DNA from: Dehalococcoidia bacterium
GTDB taxonomy: Bacteria; Chloroflexota; Dehalococcoidia; Bin125
Reading direction: 5' to 3'
Length of the DNA stretch: 64,000 nt
NCBI GenBank assembly: GCA_963663185.1
Contig: OY760135.1
Coordinates: forward strand, 2,223,611-2,287,610
Shown: piece after piece, positions 27,869-37,368 of the stretch
How the letters are laid out: each line of letters starts with the position of its first letter
How positions within the stretch are numbered: position 1 is the stretch's first letter
Position numbers and translations under genes: made by a program
The notes under the pieces: generated by a model
What the model was told of the DNA's origin: nothing
The model's database searches: none
What the model saw: the letters and a program-made list of their open reading frames with translations, nothing else

Positions 27869-29734
27869 CTAGGAAATGATCTCGAGTTCGCGCAGCTTGG
27901 CTTCGCCGACGACGCCGTCGTCCCAGCCACGCGCCTCGTAGTACTGCTCCTTCATTTGATCGAGTTCGCAGACGTGACCCTCGGCCGGGCCGGTCGCGGG
28001 CTCCGTCAGGAAGCGATCCGGCAGCGAATCTTCGTCGCCGCCAAATCCGATCTGGTTGTTGTAGTAGCGCTCAAGGTTGTAGATGCGTTCGCCGGCGGTC
28101 ATCACGTCGGCTTCCGACATTGGCACTCCGACGACCGATTCGTAGAGCGCCGCATACTCGGGCGCGCCCACGGCGAAGGCCGAGAACTTGCACAGGTCGA
28201 GCGAATCCGAGAAGGCGTGCAGGTCCTGGAAGATCTTCAGCAGCGGACCCTTGCCGTCCCAGTCCAGCGGGTCGGTCTTGATGGGAATGCCGAGCAGCTC
28301 TGAGGCGGGCGTGTAACCGCGCAGATGACAGGCGCCGCGATTGGATGTGGCGTAGCCGAGTCCCTCGCCCTTGATCCCGCGCGGGTCATAGGCGGGCACT
28401 GCCTGACCCTTGACGGTCATCGAAATCTCCGGGTGGTTCCAGGCCGCCGCAGCCTTGGCGGGGCCCTGTCCCAGCGTGCGACCGATTGACGTCGACCCCA
28501 TCGCCAGCTCTTCGGCGACTCGGACCATGCCGGCGCCGTCGCCCCAGTCGAGCGGCGTATCCACATAACCGCGCTCGGAGGCTTCCATGTACATCGAGAT
28601 CGCGTTGCCGATCTCGATCGCGTCCATCCCGAAGTCGTTGCATTGGTCAATGATCTTGGCGATCACGGCGGGGTCGTCGTTGCCGCAGTTCGCGCCCAAC
28701 GACCAGGCCGGCTCATACTCAAAGGACTCCATCTTGAGGCCGGCGTGGACACCTTCGGTGATCTCCACTTCTTTCTTGCAGGCGACCGGACAGGCGTGAC
28801 AGGTCGGCTCGGCGACGAGGAAATCGGAGCGGATCGTTTCGCCCGACACGGCGTCGGCGGCTTCCGGCGTGGTCTGAGTCTGCTGCGAGTTCTTGGTGCC
28901 GAGCCCGCCGACCGAGTTCACTGCGTTCATCAGTACATTCGTCCCGAAGGCGGAGAGCGCGCCAGAGCCGTCCTTCAGTCCGCCGTCGTCGCTGACGGAT
29001 GACGGCGCCGTGACCGGCGACTCCATGATCAGCTTCAGGTGTTGGCCTTGCGCAGCGCGGAACTTTTGACGCGCCTCGCCCTGTTCCGGTCGCCAGCGAC
29101 CGTCGCGCGTGCCGCGCACGACGACGCACTTGAGGTTCTTCATGCCCGCGACGGCGCCCGTGCCGCCACGACCGGCGGCGCGGTCATCCTCGTTGAGGAT
29201 CGACGCGAAGAGCACGCCGTTCTCGCCAGCCTGACCGATTGACATCACCGACACATCGGTCTTGTTGCCCTTGTCCGAGCCGAAGTGCGCCACCGTGTCG
29301 TGGATGCCTCTGCCCCAGATGGACGAGGCGTCCTTGATCTCCACCTGACCGTTCTCGACCTCGAGGAAGACGGGAGCGTCGGCCTTGCCGGTGATCAGCA
29401 GCGCGTCGAAGCCGGCCCAACGCAGTCGCGCCGCCGACCAGCCGCCCATGTGCGAATCAGTCACGGTGCCGGTCAGCGGCGACTTCGTCACGAACGCCAG
29501 CCGTCCCGACATCGTCACCTCGGAGCCGGTCATCGGACCGTTGACCAGTGCCAACATGTTGTCGGCTGACAGCGCGTCCGTCGCTGGGCCGTTGTCGAGC
29601 AGGTACTTGACGCCCAGTCCTCGCGCGCCGATGTATTTGCGCGCATCCTCTTCATTGATACCTTCGTACGTGACCGTTCTGGAAGTCAGATCGATCCGCG
29701 CGACGCGGTCTGCAAATCCGCCAAGTGCCATTGC
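27869..29734 (-). CDS. aor: Tungsten-type aldehyde:ferredoxin oxidoreductase (AOR family)
   Basis: MALGGFADRVARIDLTSRTV...GARGLGVKYLL... plus the AOR C-terminal domain and CHAC.. Cys ligands. About 620 aa. Confidence 0.85.
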   Translation of the reverse strand, partial: AMALGGFADRVARIDLTSRTVTYEGINEEDARKYIGARGLGVKYLLDNGPATDALSADNMLALVNGPMTGSEVTMSGRLAFVTKSPLTGTVTDSHMGGWSAARLRWAGFDALLITGKADAPVFLEVENGQVEIKDASSIWGRGIHDTVAHFGSDKGNKTDVSVMSIGQAGENGVLFASILNEDDRAAGRGGTGAVAGMKNLKCVVVRGTRDGRWRPEQGEARQKFRAAQGQHLKLIMESPVTAPSSVSDDGGLKDGSGALSAFGTNVLMNAVNSVGGLGTKNSQQTQTTPEAADAVSGETIRSDFLVAEPTCHACPVACKKEVEITEGVHAGLKMESFEYEPAWSLGANCGNDDPAVIAKIIDQCNDFGMDAIEIGNAISMYMEASERGYVDTPLDWGDGAGMVRVAEELAMGSTSIGRTLGQGPAKAAAAWNHPEISMTVKGQAVPAYDPRGIKGEGLGYATSNRGACHLRGYTPASELLGIPIKTDPLDWDGKGPLLKIFQDLHAFSDSLDLCKFSAFAVGAPEYAALYESVVGVPMSEADVMTAGERIYNLERYYNNQIGFGGDEDSLPDRFLTEPATGPAEGHVCELDQMKEQYYEARGWDDGVVGEAKLRELEIIS

Positions 29735-29886
29735 GATTTCCTTCACTGGGCTCTCGATTATTCGTATGCTAGCCGATCCGGACGCGGCCCCCGCCATCAG
29801 CAGCGCTATCCTTCGGGTACCCGCTCCGGGAACGCGATCGTCGCCTCAGCTCCCGCGAGCTATGAAACTCCAGACAGGAACCGCCG

Positions 29887-30699
29887 ATGCCAACTTCCGC
29901 CATCACACTTGAGCCGCTGACGCCCACCATCGGCGCCATCGTCCACGGCGTCGACCTGACGCAAGAGCTGGACGAGGAGACGTTTGAATACATCCACGAC
30001 GCCTGGATGCGGCACCTCGTGCTGTTCTTCCACAATCAAGCGATGACGCCTGATCAGCACCTCGCGTTTGGTCGTCGCTTCGGCGACCTGCACATTCATC
30101 CCGCCGCTCCCTATGTGCATGGCAATCCGGAGCTGATGCAGATCCACACGGACAAAGATTCGTTCCGCAACAACGGCGAGCGTTGGCACTCCGACGTGTC
30201 GGCCGATGAAGAGCCGCCGATGGCATCTATTCTGCACATCCACCAGATTCCATCGGACGGCGGCGACACCTGCTGGTCCAACATGTACGCCGCCTGGGAC
30301 GGGCTTTCGCCGCAGATGCAGGACTTGCTCGAGCCGCTGACGGCGTTGCACGCTGCCGACTACTCGGGTCAATACGGCGACCATCAGCCGCAACGCGAGT
30401 CGCCTCGCGCCGTCCACCCGATCGCGCGCCAGCATCCGGTGACCGGCAAGAAAGCACTGTTCGTCAACTCCAGCTTCACCAGACGAATCGTGGAGCTGCC
30501 GCGAGAGGAGTCGGACGCGATCCTCAGCTTCCTGTTCGAACACGTCAAGAACGTGAACTATCAGTGCCGCTTCAAGTGGGGCGCCAACTCGGTCGCGCTG
30601 TGGGACAATCGTTGCACGCAGCACATGGCGATCTGGGATTACTACCCGGAGTCGCGCAGCGGCATTCGCGTCACGATTAAGGGCGACAAGCCGTTCTGA
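29887..30699 (+). CDS. TauD/TfdA-family Fe(II)/2-oxoglutarate dioxygenase
   Basis: ...ERWHSDVS...(HxD)...DTCWSNMYAAWD...CTQHMAIWDY (distal H). Confidence 0.85.
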   Translation: MPTSAITLEPLTPTIGAIVHGVDLTQELDEETFEYIHDAWMRHLVLFFHNQAMTPDQHLAFGRRFGDLHIHPAAPYVHGNPELMQIHTDKDSFRNNGERWHSDVSADEEPPMASILHIHQIPSDGGDTCWSNMYAAWDGLSPQMQDLLEPLTALHAADYSGQYGDHQPQRESPRAVHPIARQHPVTGKKALFVNSSFTRRIVELPREESDAILSFLFEHVKNVNYQCRFKWGANSVALWDNRCTQHMAIWDYYPESRSGIRVTIKGDKPF

Positions 30700-30799
30700 T
30701 CTGCCGGCGTCCGATGATCCGGTCGAATGGCTGACAGACCAGTTTGTTTGGCCAGATGAACTGATTGATGAACTGATTGATGAAAAGGAAGCGTTTCCG

Positions 30800-31132
30800 G
30801 TGAGCAACATCGCGATTTGGGTGAAGGTCAAGGTCAAGCCAGAAGGTCGCGAGCGCTTTCTGCACGCGATCGAGGTTGACGCGCTGGGCTCCGAAGCTGA
30901 CGAGCCCGGTTGCCTGCGCTTCAATGTCCTGCAGGACGCCAACGACGATCTGACGTACTACTTCTACGAGGTCTATCGGGACGAAGCGGCGCTCGCCGCG
31001 CACCGCGAGGCGCCGCACTACGCGGTCTGGTCGGCGGCAGCCGACACGCTTGACGGCGCCGTCGAGATCACCAGGACGTCAACCGTCTTTCCGTCCGATC
31101 CGGACTACTGGTCAACGGACTCGAAGGGCTGA
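30800..31132 (+). CDS. ABM-domain (antibiotic biosynthesis monooxygenase-like) protein
   Basis: IAIWVKVKVKPEGRERFL...LRFNVLQD...YYFYEVYRDEAALAAHREAPHY. Confidence 0.7.
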   Translation: MSNIAIWVKVKVKPEGRERFLHAIEVDALGSEADEPGCLRFNVLQDANDDLTYYFYEVYRDEAALAAHREAPHYAVWSAAADTLDGAVEITRTSTVFPSDPDYWSTDSKG

Positions 31133-31188
31133 GTCGGCGCGATATCAGGTCGCCGCCTCAGAGGCAGGCAGCCTATGGGGGCTGACCG

Positions 31189-31736
31189 TCAGGCGCCCAA
31201 GAGGCTCTGGCGGCCCAAAAGGATCCTGCGGCCTTGCTCGTAAGCGTCGAGCGCTCTCGCCTGTAGGCCTTCGCTCCCAGCGCTGCCGATCGGATGATCG
31301 ACCAGGGCGTAGCGAAAGTCGGGCATGCCCAGAGTCCTGGCGATCATGCGGCTGGTGGGATCGAACGGGTGCGTGCAGAGCACCAGTCCTGGCTTGCCGT
31401 GCTGCTCAAAGCTGATCCCGTCGTGCACACTGCACGTGGAGCAGGAGCCTCAATCGCCGACCGCCGTGATCAGGAAGTCCACATCGTTGGCGATCCGTTC
31501 GAGCAGTTGCGGCTCAGCGATCCGACTGGCGTTGACCTTGCCCGAATCAACGACGATATTGCAGCCTGCCTCCCGCTCAAAGACTTCGGCCGTGTAGCGC
31601 AATAGCTTGTCGGCGTTGACCTTGCCGTTCGAGAACAGACCAACGCGCAGGCCATCCAGGCTGGACAGTCTGGGCGCTGCGATGAATCCTGTGGGCGTCG
31701 GTTCGCCGGTCGGATCGAGTAATTCGATAGGCATGA
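31189..31736 (-). CDS. Candidate selenoprotein, UGSC-type, with an in-frame TGA (genome 31450-31452) read as Sec
   Basis: One continuous frame: MPIELLDPTGEP...DFLITAVGD-[TGA]-GSCSTCSVHDGISFEQHGKPGLVLCTHPFD..., about 182 aa. The two halves share the frame with only the TGA between them. The motif is D-U-G-S-C-x-x-C. A 6-bp stem-loop (cgugca-GUG-ugcacg) begins 13 nt downstream of the UGA. Confidence 0.7.
31422..31436 (-). promoter_or_regulatory. Candidate bacterial SECIS hairpin downstream of the in-frame UGA
   Basis: mRNA UGA-N13-CGUGCA GUG UGCACG. The apical loop has G and U, as in the fdhF-type SECIS. Confidence 0.45.
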
Positions 31737-31759
31737 GACAGTTTCCCTTAGCAGCTCCC

Positions 31760-32824
31760 TTAGCAGTCGAGGCAGACGCCGATCGCTTTGGTCTGGTAGA
31801 TCGAGTTGCGCCCGCGACTCCAGGACGGCAGGAAGGCGGAGTGTCCGCCCGCCTCACCGCCAGCGACGACCAGCAGGATGTCTTCCGGGGAACGCCCGCG
31901 ATGGAACCGGTCGCCGCTGCGATCGCCTTCGGCGAGTCCGTCCTGCGATTGCCCTGACGGCTGCCCTGACGGCCATTTGCCGTTGCTCAACATGTCGTCA
32001 GGGTCGCGACTGGCGTGCTCGAAGAGGTATGCCTGCACATCCCGTTTGGACATGCCGCCGGAGGCGGCGATCTGCGCGTGTTCCGGCGACATCACCACCA
32101 GCGATTGGCCATCGGTGAGCGCGCCCAGCGACGCCATGGCATCAGCGAAGGTGTCGAGCAGCCGTTCCGGATCGCTCGTGTAGTGATTCTCGACGTTGTA
32201 GAAGCCTGAGGCGGCGAAGACGGTTGCGGTGGACACCTCGGCCGGGAAACCGAGCGATTCGTGCAGCGGTTCCCAGGGGCTGTTGAGGATGTTCTCGGCG
32301 ATGCAGCAGGCGTACTTGCCTGGCCAGCCAGTGGTGGAACGGTCCGAGACGCCGGGGATCATCTGGAAAATGTTCATGATGATCAGTCGAATTGCGCGTC
32401 CGATGGTCGCGTTGGCGCGATTGCCGGGCCCGAACACGTTGACGCTGGCGTTCATCCCGATCTCATCGCGGATGTCGCCAGAGACGACGATCGCCGGCGC
32501 TGATCCGCCCGTGCTGGCCGTCGATCCATGAAAGTTGTAGCGATCTTCGTTGAGGCCTTCGAGCGCCGCGAGCACGGTCGGGAAGTATTGCGGCAGGCAG
32601 CCGGCCATGACCGCGTTGACCGCTGCCGACTGGACGTTGCATTCGCGGCCAGTGGCGGGGTGTCGAGCGACGACCTCTTCGGGAGGACGTCCAGCGGCCA
32701 TCAAAAATCGCTCGACGCGCTCGCGAGCCGGAGGCACCACGGGCAGTCCGTCGGTCCAGCCCTGCTCATAGCACCAGTCAATGGCAGAGAGCTCGTCCGT
32801 CAGGGTGTGAGTCTTCGCGGTCAT
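31760..32824 (-). CDS. Conserved hypothetical protein (354 aa) immediately upstream of the UGSC gene, probably co-transcribed
   Basis: Intact ORF ending ...AIGVCLDC, 24 bp before the UGSC start. Contains ...HGSTASTGGSAPAIVVSGD...KYACCIAENIL.... I do not recognise the family. Confidence 0.6.
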   Translation of the reverse strand: MTAKTHTLTDELSAIDWCYEQGWTDGLPVVPPARERVERFLMAAGRPPEEVVARHPATGRECNVQSAAVNAVMAGCLPQYFPTVLAALEGLNEDRYNFHGSTASTGGSAPAIVVSGDIRDEIGMNASVNVFGPGNRANATIGRAIRLIIMNIFQMIPGVSDRSTTGWPGKYACCIAENILNSPWEPLHESLGFPAEVSTATVFAASGFYNVENHYTSDPERLLDTFADAMASLGALTDGQSLVVMSPEHAQIAASGGMSKRDVQAYLFEHASRDPDDMLSNGKWPSGQPSGQSQDGLAEGDRSGDRFHRGRSPEDILLVVAGGEAGGHSAFLPSWSRGRNSIYQTKAIGVCLDC

Positions 32825-32925
32825 GGGCGCAGTCTAGAGCGTTACCTCATGACACCTCCTTTGCAGGAGGTCTGCGACCAGCCGATTTACTTCGTCCGCG
32901 CGAACTGATCACGTAGACTGACACC

Positions 32926-34629
32926 GTGGCGCTCGGGACCGATTCCCGATGGTCCCCTGAAGAGGCGGCGATGGCGCAGACGAACGGGCCAGCTCCGCGC
33001 GCCGCCGATCGGCCGCAGCAGGACGATGATCGACCGCTGGTGGCAGGGCCGTCACTCGGACCCATTCCGTACTACTGGGTAGCTGCCGCCGTCGTCTGCG
33101 TGGGCACGTTCCTTGGCGTGGTCGACAACTCGATCACGAACATCGCTCTCCCCACGATGAGCGAAGAGTTCGGACGCTCCGCCGACGATGTGGTCTGGGT
33201 GGCGCTCTCATTCATCGTCGTCAGTACCGGCCTGTCGCTGACGATGGGTCGGCTTGGCGACATCTACGGCCGCAAGATGCTCTATGTGGTTGGATTCTTC
33301 ATCCTCACGATCGCGACCGGACTCTCAGCGATCGCAGGCTCCCTGGAAGAGCTGATCGGGACGCGCATCGTGCAGGCGATCGGGTCGGCGATGACGATGG
33401 CGAACGGCGCGGCGATCATCACTGCGGCGTTCCCTCCTTCGAAGCGCGGCACCGGACTCGGACTAATGGTTTCGACCGTCGGCGCGGGCGCCATGGCGGG
33501 ACCGGCGCTCGGCGGAGTGTTGATCGACCTGTTCGACTGGCGCGCGATCTTCTGGACGCGGGTGCCGTTTGGCCTGATCGGCGTCTTCATGGCCTGGCGA
33601 CTGCTGGTTGACGGATCGCCCGAACATCGTCCCAAGGGGCTGGACATCCCTGGCGCGCTGTTGCTGTTCGGGATGCTCGGCTTCGTGACCTTCGGAATCA
33701 ATCGCGGTCAAAGTATCGGCTGGACCTCACCTTTCATGCTGACGATGTTCATCGCGAGCGCTGTTTGTCTGCTGGGATTCATTGGCGTAGAGCGGCGCGC
33801 GGCGTCGCCGGTGGTTGATCTCGGTCTGTTCAAGGGTCGAGGGTTCAGCTTCGGCATCTCCGCCGCGATCTTGCAGTTCATGGGGATGAGCGCATCGCTC
33901 TATCTGACGCCGTGGTTATGGCAGTTGGGGCGCGGATTCGAGCCGATCGAGATCGCGGCGGTCATGTTGCCCATGCCGATGGCGATGATGCTGTGGTCTC
34001 CTGTCTCCGGGCGCTTCTCCGACCGATTGGGCTCGCGTCCACTCACCACGGCGGGAATGGTGATGGTCTGCGTGTCCCTGTTCCTGCTCTCGCGGACGAC
34101 CGCCGACACGTCGCCAATCGACTTCGGTTTGCGGATGCTGCTGTTGGGAATCGGCACGTCGACATTCAGTTCACCCAATACGGCCGTGATCATGTCTGCG
34201 GTGCCGCCGCAACGCCTGGGCACGGCATCCGCAGCGCAAACGACGGCTCGGACGATCGGCAACGCGATCGGCGCCGCGGTCTGGGTGGCTATCTTCGTCT
34301 CGATCGCCGGCGCGGTCGGCGACGCAGATGCCCCCGCGCAATCCCCGAGCCTGATCATTGACGGCTTCCGCACCGCGCTCCTGGTTGCGGCAATTGCGAC
34401 GGCGCCGGCCATTCTGTTCTCGCTGGTCGGCGGACAGCGAGGCGTCCGCGCGGTCGCCAAACAGGTGCAGGTCGTGCAGCAAGCGATCAAGTCCGAGATC
34501 GGCATGATGGTGCCGCTTGTGCGAGGCCAGAAATCGGTCGTCTATCGTGCGAACGGTCGGAACGGCGCGTCTGCTCCGGTCACAGCGACCGAGAAATCGG
34601 CGAAACGTCCGACGCAGTCGGCGCGGTGA
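32926..34629 (+). CDS. MFS transporter, 14-TMS drug:H+ antiporter (DHA2) type
   Basis: ...GRLGDIYGRKMLYVVGF... MFS motif A, about 14 hydrophobic segments. The true start may be at about 32971. Confidence 0.8.
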   Translation: MALGTDSRWSPEEAAMAQTNGPAPRAADRPQQDDDRPLVAGPSLGPIPYYWVAAAVVCVGTFLGVVDNSITNIALPTMSEEFGRSADDVVWVALSFIVVSTGLSLTMGRLGDIYGRKMLYVVGFFILTIATGLSAIAGSLEELIGTRIVQAIGSAMTMANGAAIITAAFPPSKRGTGLGLMVSTVGAGAMAGPALGGVLIDLFDWRAIFWTRVPFGLIGVFMAWRLLVDGSPEHRPKGLDIPGALLLFGMLGFVTFGINRGQSIGWTSPFMLTMFIASAVCLLGFIGVERRAASPVVDLGLFKGRGFSFGISAAILQFMGMSASLYLTPWLWQLGRGFEPIEIAAVMLPMPMAMMLWSPVSGRFSDRLGSRPLTTAGMVMVCVSLFLLSRTTADTSPIDFGLRMLLLGIGTSTFSSPNTAVIMSAVPPQRLGTASAAQTTARTIGNAIGAAVWVAIFVSIAGAVGDADAPAQSPSLIIDGFRTALLVAAIATAPAILFSLVGGQRGVRAVAKQVQVVQQAIKSEIGMMVPLVRGQKSVVYRANGRNGASAPVTATEKSAKRPTQSAR

Positions 34630-36125
34630 GGAACGATGCGATGACAGCCAGGCGCGTGATCGTGGTCGGAGCGGGCAACGCCGCGTTATGCGCCGCCTTG
34701 TCGGCGCGAGAACAGGGCGCGGATGTGACCGTGCTCGAGAAGGCACCCGCAGGCGAACGCGGCGGCAACACCTACTTCACCGGCGGCGGATTTCGCTTCC
34801 CTTACCAGGGCATTGAGGAGATTCGCCCCCTCATCCCGGATCTGAGCGAGGCGGAAGTGGCGCGAGTCGATGTGGGCTCATATCCAGCGTCCGCGTTTCG
34901 CTCTGACCTGGCCCGGGTGACGGATGGCCTGATCGATGATGGGATGGCATCGGCGTTGGTGCGCGAGGCGGCGCCCACGATGCGTTGGTTGCGAGAGCAG
35001 GGCGTGCGATTCGCATTGATGACCGGCCGGCAAGCGAACGAGGTTGACGGCAAACTGGTCTTCTACGGCGCGCTGACCGTAGAAGCCGTCGGCGCCGGCA
35101 AAGGACTGTCCGACCAGGAGTTTGACGCAGCCGAGCGCGCTGGCGTCCACGTACGCTACGGCTGCAAGGTGGTGGATCTGCTGCATGACGGTCCGCAAAT
35201 TCACGGCGTCGAGCTGTGGAGCGCCGACGGCGTCGAACATCTTGAGGCGGATGCCGTCGTGCTCGCGGCAGGCGGTTTTGAAGCGAACGCCGAGATGCGG
35301 ACCAGATACCTCGGTCCAGGATGGGACCTGGCGAAGGTACGTGGATCCAGATTCAATACCGGTGACGCGATCCGCGCGGCGATCGCGGCCGGAGCGCAAC
35401 CGTACGGGCACTGGTCCGGCGCGCACGCAGTCGCTTGGGACCTCAATGCCCCGCCGACCGGAAATCGTATCGTGGCTGACCTCTATCAGAAACACTCCTA
35501 TCCCTACGGCCTGATCGTCAATCTGAACGGTGAGCGGTTCGTCGACGAAGGCGCAGATCTGCGTAACTATACCTACGCTCGCTACGGACGTGAAATTCTG
35601 GCGCAGCCACAACGCGCAGCCTTCCAACTGTTCGATTCACGCACTGCCCACTTGTTGCGCGATGAGTACCGCGTGCGTCAGGTGACGATGGCGCAAGCAG
35701 ATACGATCGTGGAACTTGCGGAAGCATTGGGTGTGGACGTGAATGGGTTGGTACGAACAATCGACGCGTACAACTCAGCCTGTCCGGCTGACGGCGAAGA
35801 CCGCTTCAATCCGTCGGCGCTGGACGGTGTCGGCACGTCCGGAGTGCATCCGACCAAGTCGAACTGGGCCTTGCCGTTGGACTCGCCGCCTTACCTCGCT
35901 TACGCCGTCACCTGCGGTATCACCTTCACCTTTGGAGGTTTGAAGATCGATCCGCGCAGCGGACAAGTGTTGGATACTGAAGATCAGCCCATGCACGGGT
36001 TGTATGCCGCGGGCGAGCTGGTCGGCGGGCTCTTCTACAACAACTACGCCGGCGGCTCCGGCTTGATGGCAGGCAGCGTGTTCGGTCGGATCGCCGGACG
36101 GAGCGCGGCAGTTGAGCGTGTCTGA
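34626..36125 (+). CDS. FAD-dependent oxidoreductase of the fumarate-reductase/TcuA flavoprotein type
   Basis: RVIVVGAGNAALCAALSA (dinucleotide fold)...YAAGELVGG...GSGLM. Confidence 0.8.
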   Translation: MRNDAMTARRVIVVGAGNAALCAALSAREQGADVTVLEKAPAGERGGNTYFTGGGFRFPYQGIEEIRPLIPDLSEAEVARVDVGSYPASAFRSDLARVTDGLIDDGMASALVREAAPTMRWLREQGVRFALMTGRQANEVDGKLVFYGALTVEAVGAGKGLSDQEFDAAERAGVHVRYGCKVVDLLHDGPQIHGVELWSADGVEHLEADAVVLAAGGFEANAEMRTRYLGPGWDLAKVRGSRFNTGDAIRAAIAAGAQPYGHWSGAHAVAWDLNAPPTGNRIVADLYQKHSYPYGLIVNLNGERFVDEGADLRNYTYARYGREILAQPQRAAFQLFDSRTAHLLRDEYRVRQVTMAQADTIVELAEALGVDVNGLVRTIDAYNSACPADGEDRFNPSALDGVGTSGVHPTKSNWALPLDSPPYLAYAVTCGITFTFGGLKIDPRSGQVLDTEDQPMHGLYAAGELVGGLFYNNYAGGSGLMAGSVFGRIAGRSAAVERV

Positions 36126-36852
36126 ACGGGGCGAAGCCCTACTGCGCGAAATCCTGGACTCACCCGACGTGCTCATGACGCCGCAACTGCGGCGCATCGC
36201 TCAGAGGGAAGCCCGAGACCTAACGGCGGCGTCCGGCGAAGAAGTGCTCGAGCTCTGCAATCTTCTGATTGAGCGCGGCGGCAGCGGCCGGGTGCGTCGA
36301 GCGGAGCATGGCCCGGCGTACGAGTCGCGGATGGTCGCGTTCGACCTGGCGTCGATGCACCGTGCGGCATTCGCGCTCTTAAATTGGCGGGCACTCGAAC
36401 GACTGGGACGCACGTTGGACGGTTGGGCGTCGGTTGATCACTTCGCGCGCAAGCTGAGCGGTCCGGCCTGGCAGCGCGGTCAGATCAGCGATGCGCGGGT
36501 GCGTCGCTGGGCGACATCCTCCGATTTCTGGTGGCGACGTGTCGGGATCGTTTCAACGATTGCGCTGAATGAGCGTCACTTGGGCGACGGCGATGCGAAG
36601 CGGACGCTGGAGATTTGCGAGCTGTTCGTCGACGATCGCGCGGATCTGCATGTGAAGGCGTTGAGTTGGGCCCTGCGCGAGCTAGGCTTACGCGATCCCG
36701 ACGCCGTGATTGCGTATGTCAACGAGCGAGAAGATCGCCTGGCGCCTCGCGTCGTTCGCGAGGTGCGAAACAAAATCGAGACGGGACACAAGCTGGCCAA
36801 GCCGTCGGAGGCGATGCTGCGCCGGATGCGGGAGCGTCGGTCTAGCGGTTGA
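36112..36852 (+). CDS. DNA alkylation repair enzyme (AlkD/HEAT-repeat family)
   Basis: ...WASVDHFARKL...WWRRVGIVSTIALN...HVKALSWALREL... Confidence 0.7.
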   Translation: MSVSERGEALLREILDSPDVLMTPQLRRIAQREARDLTAASGEEVLELCNLLIERGGSGRVRRAEHGPAYESRMVAFDLASMHRAAFALLNWRALERLGRTLDGWASVDHFARKLSGPAWQRGQISDARVRRWATSSDFWWRRVGIVSTIALNERHLGDGDAKRTLEICELFVDDRADLHVKALSWALRELGLRDPDAVIAYVNEREDRLAPRVVREVRNKIETGHKLAKPSEAMLRRMRERRSSG

Positions 36853-37368
36853 TGGCCAGGGCGACGCTGGGAGGGTCGTAGGAGAGGTTGAATTCGAAGC
36901 GCTGGAGCACGTCGCGGCCGAGGAGTGATGGCACTCTGGATCGCTCCGTTCCTTGCTTGGTGTATTGGCCGTCCTCGGCTGCCTGCGGTACCAGAATCGA
37001 GGTGGCAAGAACCAACTCGCCGTCGTCTATGTCGAAAAACTTCAACCCGGCACGCTGAACCCGGCACGCTGAACCCGGCATGTGATGGGAACCGGCCCGA
37101 CTCCGTTGAGCAGTATCTCATCAGCGCTTGAAGTTTCGTCAAGGTCTACGCCCGCAGCTTCAATCAAAGACAGGACGACTTCGCGCTGTACGATCGTGTA
37201 GTCCGCGCCTGTGTCGATCATGAACTGGTGCGAAACTCTCGCTCGGCCAATCAGTATGTCTACACGGATCAACGGTCGGCGTGTCGGCGTGAGCAGCGGA
37301 TGAGGCCGACGGCCAGGATCAGAACCGAAAGCGCCTCGAAAATCCGACTCACAACGCCCAGGCCGCAT
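36842..37368 (-). pseudogene. Retropepsin-like (clan AA, DTGA) aspartic protease gene frameshifted by a 14-bp tandem duplication
   Basis: The upstream ORF has ...ILIGRARVSHQFMIDTGADYTIV...ITCRVQRAGFSVPG*. The downstream ORF restarts MPGSACRVQRAGLKFFDIDDGELVL.... The duplicated 14-mer cccggcacgctgaa sits at 37046-37073. Deleting one copy restores a single protein of about 170 aa. Confidence 0.65.
37046..37073. repeat. 14-bp tandem duplication (cccggcacgctgaa x2) that frameshifts the retropepsin-like gene
   Basis: Perfect 2x tandem followed by a third partial copy. Confidence 0.8.

Noticed and set aside
31189-31857. Reading the TGA at 31450 as a real stop, giving two separate small genes or a pseudogene
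   Set aside because: This is not fully excluded. I favour Sec read-through because the two halves share one frame, the junction reproduces the U-G-S-C-x-x-C redox motif exactly, and a hairpin sits at the expected SECIS distance. It needs checking against the Sec machinery.
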